DNA from: a virus
Taxonomy: Duplodnaviria > Caudoviricetes
Direction: 5' to 3' (one strand)
IMG/VR virus record: IMGVR_UViG_3300006169_000165
Coordinates: 1 to 34,517 of that record
Length of the DNA stretch: 34,517 nucleotides
Shown here: piece after piece, positions 14,933-22,049 of the stretch
Numbering within the stretch: the stretch's first letter is position 1
Layout: every line of letters starts with the position of its first letter
The notes under the pieces: model-generated
Told to the model about the DNA's origin: nothing
Database searches by the model: none
What the model saw: the letters and a program-made list of their open reading frames with translations, nothing else
Made by a program: the position numbers and the translations under genes

Positions 14933-17403
14933 GCACGGCGGCGCGCGCAGTAGTCGTCCTGCAGGCGGCGGATCTCACGCTCAGCGGCCGCGTCCGCGCC
15001 GTGGAAGACGCGCTCTACCGCCGCAACGAGCTGGCCCTGGGCGACGACCGGTGGTGGCCGGTCGAGGTGGCCGAGGACCACGTGCTCGCCCGCCGTGGCC
15101 CCAAGACCTACCGGGTAGGCTACACCATCGACGACGACGGTGCGGTCACGTTCGGCGAGGCGGCGGAGGTGGAGGCGCAGTACGTCCCGGTCACGGCGTC
15201 GGTCGCGGTGGAGCTGGACGGATCCGCGCTGCGCCTCACCGCGGCGGAGGCGGACGAGCCGGAGCCGACGGGCCGGGTCTGGGACGTGGTCATCGTGCGC
15301 GCCGGCCTGTCCAGCACCTACGCGAGCGTCGAGCGGGACGGCAAGACGGTCCAGCTGCCGGTGTTTTTCACCGACGAGTACGTGCGGCGCCTGGTCCCGC
15401 TGGTCGCGGACGCACCGGTGTACGCGCTGGACGACACCGCGTCGGGGCACAAGCTCGCCGCGGCGGACAAGCGGCAGGACCAGTCGGTGGGGTGGACGGC
15501 GGACCCGCGGTACGAGGCGGGTGCGTGCCTCGCGTCGCTCCACCTGGACGAGGGGAGTCCGGCCGCCGAGCTCAAGCGCGTGCAGCTGCTCTCCGCGTGG
15601 CGGCGCGGCAACCCCCGCCGGTTCGGGCTCTCGATCGATTCCCGGGGCACCGGCGAGATCCGGATGCACGCCGGCCGGGAGACGTACTACGCGACTGAGC
15701 CGGTCGCGCTGCTCAGCACGGATATCGTCCTCCGCCCCGCCGCCGGCGGCGGATTCACCCAGCTGGTCGCGAGCAGTCGCGGCCCGCATCACACGGAGAT
15801 GGAGATGACTCGGGATCGTCTGATCGCGGCCATTCGCGCGAGTCGGCCGCAGCTGCTGGAGGGCAGGGACCTGGCGACGATGACGGTGGGGGAGCTCGCC
15901 GCGCTCGCCAACGAGGCGGAGCTCCGCGCCGCCGCGACCGCACCCGCGCCGGCCGCCGCGGCCGCCACGCCGGTGGACGTCACGGCGATCACCGCCCAGG
16001 TGACGGCCGCCGTGACGGAGTCGCTCACGGAGAGCATCAACCGCCGGCGCGCCATGGAGGCGGTGATCACCGCCTCGCAGTTGCCCGCGAAGGCGCAGGC
16101 GGCGCTCCGCGCCGAGATGGACCGGGCGGGCGCGACGGTCGAGACGGTGCAGGCGGCGGTGGACGCGCAGCGGGAGATCCTGGCGGAGGCGGTGCAGAGC
16201 TCCACGCACGTGCTCGGACTGGGCGGCCCCGCGCTGCAGGGCGCCGGCACGGCGGCGGGGCAGGTGTTCGTGGGCGTGGATCCGATCGACCGGGTGCAGG
16301 CGGCGGTGGACCGGGCCTTCGGCCTCGAGCCCGAGGATCCGCAGCTCCGGACGATCGCGCCGCTCGGGCTGCAGGCCGCGTGGAACGTGCTCACCTGCGG
16401 CCAGGACCAGAGCGTCATGGGGAGCATGGGCGCGCGCGAGATGCGGATCATCCAGGCCGCGGGCTTCGACACGACGACGCTGCCGGACGTGCTCGCCAAC
16501 ACGATGGGGCGCAGGCTCGCGGCGGACTACGCGGAGCTGAGCTACGGCGACGAAAACCTCGTCTCGACCGAGGGCAGCATCAAGGACTTCCGGCCGCAGA
16601 CCGCGATCCGGCTCGGGTACCTGGGGACCTTCGGGACCGTGGACACGGACTCCGAGGACTACCCGGAGGTCAACGCCTACGGCCAGGAGCGCGCGATCTG
16701 GGAGCCGGAGGAGAGGGGGCTGATCATCAAGGTCACGCGCAAGCACATCATCAACGACGACCTGGACGCGGTCAAGAAGATCCCCGACCGGATCGCCCGC
16801 GCGGCGCGGCGGACCGTTTCGGAGTTCGTTTTCGACTTCTTGATCTCGAACCCGGTGCTGAGCCTGGAGACGGGCGACACGCTCACCTGGTTCCACGCCG
16901 ACCGCAACAACCTCCTGACGGGCGCGCTCTCGATCACGGCGCTCAACACGGCCCGCCTGGCGCTCGCCAACCAGCAGGAGCCGGACAGCGGGAAGAAGCT
17001 GGGGCTGCGGAAGAACGTGCAGCTGCACCTCTACGTGCCGCAGGAGCTGGGCGACCTCGCGCGCTCCATCAACCAGAGCCAGCTGGTCCCCGGCAGCGCC
17101 AACAACGACGCCAACCCGTGGTGGAAGAAGTTCGGCGTGAACGACGAGTACATCCACGAGGTCTACCCGTGGAACGATCCGACCGACTGGGCGCTCGCGG
17201 TGGAGCCGAAGGAGCGGGAGATCATCGAGCTCAAGTACCTCAACGGGCAGAAGGTCCCGCAGATCGTGCGGCAGGACGCGCCCGGCGTCGGCGAGATGTT
17301 CACCCGCGGCGCGCTCAGAATGAAGGCGTACTTCGATTTCGGCGGCACCCCGATCGACTTCCGCGGGATCGTCAAGTCGGTGGTCGCCAACCCGGAGCCC
17401 TGA
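14929..17403 (+). CDS. Fused prohead protease-scaffold-major capsid protein (Mu gpT-like capsid)
   Basis: 824 aa: protease-like N-terminus (GHKL…VGW…FGLSIDS…TDIVLRPAAGGGF), Ala-rich scaffold, capsid domain (IKDFRPQ…KVTRKHIINDDL…FHADRNNL…IDFRGIVKS). Confidence 0.9.
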   Translation: MSTAARAVVVLQAADLTLSGRVRAVEDALYRRNELALGDDRWWPVEVAEDHVLARRGPKTYRVGYTIDDDGAVTFGEAAEVEAQYVPVTASVAVELDGSALRLTAAEADEPEPTGRVWDVVIVRAGLSSTYASVERDGKTVQLPVFFTDEYVRRLVPLVADAPVYALDDTASGHKLAAADKRQDQSVGWTADPRYEAGACLASLHLDEGSPAAELKRVQLLSAWRRGNPRRFGLSIDSRGTGEIRMHAGRETYYATEPVALLSTDIVLRPAAGGGFTQLVASSRGPHHTEMEMTRDRLIAAIRASRPQLLEGRDLATMTVGELAALANEAELRAAATAPAPAAAAATPVDVTAITAQVTAAVTESLTESINRRRAMEAVITASQLPAKAQAALRAEMDRAGATVETVQAAVDAQREILAEAVQSSTHVLGLGGPALQGAGTAAGQVFVGVDPIDRVQAAVDRAFGLEPEDPQLRTIAPLGLQAAWNVLTCGQDQSVMGSMGAREMRIIQAAGFDTTTLPDVLANTMGRRLAADYAELSYGDENLVSTEGSIKDFRPQTAIRLGYLGTFGTVDTDSEDYPEVNAYGQERAIWEPEERGLIIKVTRKHIINDDLDAVKKIPDRIARAARRTVSEFVFDFLISNPVLSLETGDTLTWFHADRNNLLTGALSITALNTARLALANQQEPDSGKKLGLRKNVQLHLYVPQELGDLARSINQSQLVPGSANNDANPWWKKFGVNDEYIHEVYPWNDPTDWALAVEPKEREIIELKYLNGQKVPQIVRQDAPGVGEMFTRGALRMKAYFDFGGTPIDFRGIVKSVVANPEP

Positions 17404-17460
17404 GCCGGGGCACGTAGCCCGGGCTCATCCCCGGACCGGCGGCGCGACCGCCCGCCGGTC
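17401..17460 (+). other. Two GC-rich hairpins directly after the capsid stop
   Basis: TGAGCCGGGGC…GCCCGGGCTCA (1 mismatch) and GGACCGGCGG…CCGCCGGTCC; no U-tract. Confidence 0.6.
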
Positions 17461-17493
17461 CACCAGGTCCCCTCACCCTCGGCAGGAGGTCGT

Positions 17494-17904
17494 ATGACCC
17501 GCACCACCCGTACCGTCGCGCTGCTGATCGCGCTCCTGGTCGTGGCCCTCGCCGGCACCCGGCTGGCCGAGGCCGCGCCGCCGGACGCGCCCGACTCCGC
17601 CGCCATCGAGGCGACGATCCACCAGGCCGGCCTCGAGTCCCCGGTGATCTCGGCGTCGGCCGAGGATCTGCGCGCGCTGCTCCTGGCCCCGTACAACGAT
17701 CCGCACCGGGTGCTCCCGGCCGCCACCGGGGATCCCGTGGAGCACGTCGTCTCGCCGGCGTGCCAGGGTCGCACCGTCGGCCAGGAGCGGAGGGCGAGAC
17801 ACGCGCGGGGCGCGGACGAGGCGCCCCCGCACGTCCCCGTAGACTCCCGTGCCGCTCGCGGGCCGCACCTCACGCGGCCGGTGGACCGCGGGAGCGCCTC
17901 GTGA
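17494..17904 (+). CDS. Secreted hypothetical protein
   Basis: AGGAGG RBS; signal peptide MTRTTRTVALLIALLVVALAGTRLAEA. Confidence 0.7.
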   Translation: MTRTTRTVALLIALLVVALAGTRLAEAAPPDAPDSAAIEATIHQAGLESPVISASAEDLRALLLAPYNDPHRVLPAATGDPVEHVVSPACQGRTVGQERRARHARGADEAPPHVPVDSRAARGPHLTRPVDRGSAS

Positions 17905-18065
17905 GCCGGCGGCTCGAGCGGCTGCGCTGGCTGGCGCGGCAGCTCCTCCCGCTCACGTACCGCACCACCTACGGTGACGAGGCGGGCCGGCGGCACTTCG
18001 CCGTCTGGCGCATGTGGTTCGGCCGGTGCTTCGACGTCACCGACGTGGTTGTCCCGGCCGCGTAG
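17901..18065 (+). CDS. Small hypothetical protein (54 aa)
   Basis: GTGA-coupled; LPLTYRTTYGD…HFAVWRMWFGRCF. Confidence 0.6.
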   Translation: MSRRLERLRWLARQLLPLTYRTTYGDEAGRRHFAVWRMWFGRCFDVTDVVVPAA

Positions 18066-18215
18066 GGGCAGGTCTGCTGCTCCCGGGCCCGCGTGGAGCG
18101 GGCCCGGTTATCCCGCGGGAGGAGCGTGCTGAGGTCGCACGGCGGGGCTCATGCCCCCGCCACCGGCGGGGGCGTGCTGGCCCCAGCCGGTCCGGTTCGA
18201 TTCCGGCTCCTGCGC
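18060..18215 (+). ncRNA. tRNA-like structured element (not a canonical tRNA)
   Basis: 5' GCGTAGGGG pairs with 3' CTCCTGCGC; T-arm CCGG-TTCGATT-CCGG stacked on it; three internal hairpins; no CCA. Confidence 0.55.
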
Positions 18216-18265
18216 TTTTCGGGGACAAATCTCAACGACAAAAGGGAAACGGGGGGGGCACCGCG

Positions 18266-18442
18266 ATGGCCACGACGATCGAGCAGCCCACGATGGGCCG
18301 GATCATCCACTACGTCGGCGCGATGGGGGAGGGCTACCCGGCGATCGTCCGCAGCTCCCCGGAGAGCCTCGTCCAGGGTCGCAGGGGTGTGGCCGAGCTC
18401 GTGGACCTGGACCCCGCCGCGGCGGGCGCGGAGGGCGCGTGA
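18266..18442 (+). CDS. Small phage protein (PTMGRIIHY…YPAIV)
   Basis: Resembles a recurrent small phage family (PxVGRIVHY…PAIV), possibly truncated; GTGA-coupled to the next gene. Confidence 0.55.
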   Translation: MATTIEQPTMGRIIHYVGAMGEGYPAIVRSSPESLVQGRRGVAELVDLDPAAAGAEGA

Positions 18443-19101
18443 GCCTGGCGCTCCTGCGGCCGCGGGTCTCCGGCCTGGTCCGGGCGGAGATGGTGGGCGA
18501 GGCCGCCCAGCTCGGGATCGACCAGGCGCTGCAGGAGGCGGCGCTGGTCTTCTCGCGCCGCCGGCCGCAACGCGCCGTGGTCGACCTCGTCGGGACGGGG
18601 GAGTGGTACCTGGCGCTGCCGGCGGAGTGGGTGCCGGGGTTTTCCGTGGTGGTGTCCGTGGAGTACCCGGTGGGCCAGCGGCCGCCGGCGACGGTCGGGA
18701 CGCGCGAGTACTGGTGCCCGTACCTGACGCCCGAGGGCGAGCACCTCGCATTCCACGAGCTCACGCCGGCCGTGGGGCAGTCGGTGCGGATGACGCTCAC
18801 CGTGCCGCACGTGCTGGAGGAGGAGTCCACCACGCTCCCGCAGGCGCACTGGGACACGGTGGTCAAGCTGGCGGCGGGAACGGTGTGCATCGAGCTGGCC
18901 GCGTACTACTCCCACTCGATGGCGGCGTCGATCAAGCTCGACGGCGTGCAGCAGACGAGCAAGGCGAGCGAGTTCGCCAAGCGCGGCAGGGAGCTGCGGG
19001 CGGAGGCGGAGCGCGAGCTCCCGGAGCTGGAGGCACGAGTGGTGAGCCCGGCCGGCGGCGAGGTGAGCTTCGCCGACGAGATCCTGTTCCTGTCGCACTG
19101 A
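18439..19101 (+). CDS. Head-tail adaptor/connector candidate
   Basis: Position between capsid and neck genes; IDQAL…FSRRRP…VVSVEYPVGQRPP…LAA…CIELAAYYS. Confidence 0.65.
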   Translation: MSLALLRPRVSGLVRAEMVGEAAQLGIDQALQEAALVFSRRRPQRAVVDLVGTGEWYLALPAEWVPGFSVVVSVEYPVGQRPPATVGTREYWCPYLTPEGEHLAFHELTPAVGQSVRMTLTVPHVLEEESTTLPQAHWDTVVKLAAGTVCIELAAYYSHSMAASIKLDGVQQTSKASEFAKRGRELRAEAERELPELEARVVSPAGGEVSFADEILFLSH

Positions 19102-19646
19102 TGGGCGTCAACGCGCGGATCGTCGGCGGGCCGATGAGCGATCCCGCACCCGTCGTGGGGCGGGCGCTGGCGGCCATGGTCACCGAGGGCATCCTCCTCC
19201 TGGAGTCCAGGATCAAGCCGGGGATGCCCATCGGGGTGACGGAGGCTGGCAAGGGGTCGATCACCAACGAGACCCGCTACGTGGCCGGGATCCCCATCGG
19301 AGTTGTCGGGAGCCCGCAGAAGCACGTCGCGGTGATCAACGACGGGCGGCGCCCGGGGAAGACCGCCCCGAAGACGGAAGTACTCGAGCTCTGGGTCAAG
19401 CGGACGATCAAGATCGAGCGGGTGCCGAAGCGCGGGAAGAACAAGGGCAAGACGGTCACGCGCGCGCCCACGGACAAGGAGGTCAAGAGCATCTCGTTCG
19501 TGATCGCGCGCTCGATCGGCGTCAAGGGCATCAAGGGCCTCAAATTCTTCGAGAAGGGAATCGAGGCGGCGACCCCGGCCCTCACCCGGATCTTCGCGGA
19601 GGCCGGGATGCGCATCACCATACAGCTGGCCGAGCACAAGGAATGA
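19101..19646 (+). CDS. Neck/tail completion protein (HK97 gp10-like)
   Basis: Basic protein with PIGVT…GSI…VINDGRRPG…LELWVKR…IARSIG…FFEKG pattern. Confidence 0.75.
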   Translation: MGVNARIVGGPMSDPAPVVGRALAAMVTEGILLLESRIKPGMPIGVTEAGKGSITNETRYVAGIPIGVVGSPQKHVAVINDGRRPGKTAPKTEVLELWVKRTIKIERVPKRGKNKGKTVTRAPTDKEVKSISFVIARSIGVKGIKGLKFFEKGIEAATPALTRIFAEAGMRITIQLAEHKE

Positions 19647-20098
19647 CCACGTACCGGACGCGCGCGGAGGGGATCGCTGCCGCGCTGGCAACCCTGCCGA
19701 GCGCCGGCAAGGTGCACGCGCGCACCCGCCTCAGCACCGACTGGGGCCGGTACCTCGAGCACTTCGCAGCCGACGGGCAGATCGCGGGGTGGACGGTGTC
19801 GCGCAAGAGCGCCGCGACCGGACAGGGCGGCGCGCACTGGGTGGAGACCTGGTCGCTCATCCGCGTCTGCGGGGTGCACGACCAGAGCGAGAGCGAGATC
19901 GGGTTCCAGGCGTCCCTGGACGATGCGGCGGTCCTCTTCCGCGACCAGCCCAGCTGGCCGTGGGGGACCGTCACCGGCGAGCTCGCGCTCACCGTGATCG
20001 AGGACCGGCTCATGTCCGACACCGTGCTGTGCCACGTGGCCGAGTGCGAGCTCTCCGTGGCCATCTACTACGACCAGCTGGAGGGAGGCGAGGCGTGA
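19643..20098 (+). CDS. Tail terminator/completion protein candidate
   Basis: 151 aa, immediately upstream of the tail tube region; ends VLCHVAECELSV. Confidence 0.65.
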   Translation: MTTYRTRAEGIAAALATLPSAGKVHARTRLSTDWGRYLEHFAADGQIAGWTVSRKSAATGQGGAHWVETWSLIRVCGVHDQSESEIGFQASLDDAAVLFRDQPSWPWGTVTGELALTVIEDRLMSDTVLCHVAECELSVAIYYDQLEGGEA

Positions 20099-20364
20099 GC
20101 AGGGACCGGGTCCAGACGCTGGTACGGGAGGGATCGCTCGGCGGGCCGGACGTCCCGCAGCGGCCCTACGCGCTCCGCCGCGAGGGCGGCGTGCCGGCCG
20201 CTTACGTCTGCCTCGGCTGCAGGCGGGAGATCCCGCTCGACAGGGACGCCTTCATCGCCCACGCCTGCGGCCGCCGCCGGCGTGCCCCGCGCACCCCGCG
20301 CGCCGGATCCGCCGCGCGCGCCAGCATCCCGACCACGACCACCACCGAAGGAGCGATCGAATGA
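20095..20364 (+). CDS. Small protein with CxxC…HxC motif
   Basis: Coupled at both ends; YVCLGC…FIAHAC. Confidence 0.55.
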   Translation: MSRDRVQTLVREGSLGGPDVPQRPYALRREGGVPAAYVCLGCRREIPLDRDAFIAHACGRRRRAPRTPRAGSAARASIPTTTTTEGAIE

Positions 20365-21356
20365 GGCTGCAGCGCATCAACGCGTGCCTGGGCAAGCTGG
20401 AGACGGAGTACGGCGTCGACGCCGCGCCCGTCGCCGCGACCGACGGGATCCAGCTGGACGAGTTTCTGTGGTCCACGATCGACGTGGATTTCCTCGAGCG
20501 CAACGAGCGCCCGAACCTCGCGGGGACCGACCTCGGCGGCGCCTCGGCCGGCCAGCCCATGGGCCGATTCGTCAAGTTCGAGCTCACGATCGCGCTGAAG
20601 GGCACCGCGACGGGCGCCGTGGCGCCGGAGATCGACGTGCCCTTCCAGGCCGCGGGCCTGGTGCGGGCGGACGACGCGCCGGAGGAGGGCCAGCGCACGT
20701 GGTCCGCGCCGTCGATCGCCGATCAGGACACGCTGCCCAGCGCGACCTTTTACCTCGAGGCCGGCGGCCTGGTCTACAAGTCCGTCGGCACGCGCGCGCG
20801 GCTCACCTCGATCGCGTTCGTCCCGGCGCGGCTGGTCGTGGTCAAGTTCGAATGCTTCGGGCTCCTTTCCGTCGCGCCGGTGGACGGGACGCTGGGCGCG
20901 GTGACGTACCCGCAGCGTGCGCTCAAGCCGCCCGTGGCCGGCTCCGGGACCGGCGCCGTGCTCACCCTGGACGGCTTCGGCGCGCACTGGCACACCGCGA
21001 CGTTCGACATGGGGACCGAGCTCCCCTCGCTCCCCCGCGGCAACGCGCCGGGTGGGCACGCCGGCTACGCGCTCGTGGACTACGACGCCACGCTCAAGGC
21101 GGTGATCGACGTGCCCGCCTCCGCCACCCTGGACCTGCGCGCCAAGGAGGCGGCGGGCGACCTCTTCGGCTGGTCGCTCGACCTGACCCCGGGCGCGGCC
21201 GCGTTCAACCGCTGGGAGCTCATCGGCCCGGCGGCGCAGATCAGCAAGCTGAGCCACGCCGAGAAGGACAAGATGGTGACCTACGATGTGACGCTCGATC
21301 TGCGGCGGGACGAGGACACGCCGGCGGTGGCGCCGTTCCGCTTCGTGCTCAGCTGA
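20361..21356 (+). CDS. Major tail tube protein
   Basis: 331 aa; KLETEYGVDAAP N-terminus, beta-rich; precedes chaperone and tape measure; AAGGAG RBS. Confidence 0.85.
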   Translation: MRLQRINACLGKLETEYGVDAAPVAATDGIQLDEFLWSTIDVDFLERNERPNLAGTDLGGASAGQPMGRFVKFELTIALKGTATGAVAPEIDVPFQAAGLVRADDAPEEGQRTWSAPSIADQDTLPSATFYLEAGGLVYKSVGTRARLTSIAFVPARLVVVKFECFGLLSVAPVDGTLGAVTYPQRALKPPVAGSGTGAVLTLDGFGAHWHTATFDMGTELPSLPRGNAPGGHAGYALVDYDATLKAVIDVPASATLDLRAKEAAGDLFGWSLDLTPGAAAFNRWELIGPAAQISKLSHAEKDKMVTYDVTLDLRRDEDTPAVAPFRFVLS

Positions 21357-21369
21357 TCAACACCTTTCG

Positions 21370-21401
21370 ATTCCCTACGCGCGCGTGCGCGCGTAGGGAA
21401 T
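21370..21401. repeat. Perfect inverted repeat, 15-bp arms
   Basis: ATTCCCTACGCGCGC-gt-GCGCGCGTAGGGAAT between tail tube and chaperone genes. Confidence 0.9.
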
Positions 21402-21440
21402 GACGGGCAGTCCCCCCCACACCTGACAGGAGACCACCGC

Positions 21441-21893
21441 ATGTACGACCTTCCGCTCCGCGAGAGCGAGATCGCGATCAGGATCCCCGGCGCCGCCGGG
21501 GAAGGCCCCCTCTGCACGCTCTGGATGGAGCCACTCACGGACGCCCAGTGGGTGCACCTCAACCAGAGCGCCACCGTCACCGTCAACGAGGACGAGAGCG
21601 TGACCTGGCGGCTCGATCTCCGCGACGCCGGCGACCTCTTCCGCGACCGGCTGCGTCGGGTCGAGGACCTCGCGATCGCCGGCGAGCCGTTCGACGCCGG
21701 CCGCCCGGAGCACGTGGAGAGCATCTGCCAGCGCCGCGCCAGCTGGATCCCGCTGGCCATCATCCGGCTCTACCAGTACGGGCAGGGGCTGGGCGAGGCC
21801 GACCTGGGAAACTCCGCGCGGCCGGCGCAGCGCTCTACCACGGACACGACGTCCTCGCCGGCCTCTCGCCCCGACTCCAGCGCCTCGTCCTGA
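21441..21893 (+). CDS. Tail assembly chaperone (lambda gpG analogue)
   Basis: Between tail tube and tape measure; CAGGAG RBS; contains an in-frame G GGA AAC slippery site. Confidence 0.8.
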   Translation: MYDLPLRESEIAIRIPGAAGEGPLCTLWMEPLTDAQWVHLNQSATVTVNEDESVTWRLDLRDAGDLFRDRLRRVEDLAIAGEPFDAGRPEHVESICQRRASWIPLAIIRLYQYGQGLGEADLGNSARPAQRSTTDTTSSPASRPDSSASS

Positions 21894-22033
21894 GCTACGT
21901 CTGGCTCGAGGAGTGGGGCAAGACGCCGATCGACCTGGGGGCCGCGCCGGCCGACGTGGACCCCCACTGGCGGACTGCAATGCTGGTCATCCGGGCCGGG
22001 CTCAACGACGCCCGGCGCCTGAACACGCCTTAG
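21806..22033 (+). CDS. -1 frameshift extension of the tail chaperone (gpGT analogue)
   Basis: GGGAAAC at 21806-21812 in X XXY YYZ phase; the -1 frame is open to 22033 (KLRAAGAALYHG…LNTP*). Confidence 0.8.
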   Translation, partial: GKLRAAGAALYHGHDVLAGLSPRLQRLVLSYVWLEEWGKTPIDLGAAPADVDPHWRTAMLVIRAGLNDARRLNTP

Positions 22034-22049
22034 CACCGACGCACGCACC

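Noticed and set aside
10384-17157. Long minus-strand ORFs (10384..12225, 12213..14579, 14845..17157)
   Set aside because: Shadows of terminase, portal and capsid genes caused by high GC3.
18060-18215. Canonical tRNA or tRNA-Sec gene
   Set aside because: 156 nt, no proper D-arm, loop lacks U33 and a UCA anticodon, no CCA; kept only as tRNA-like.
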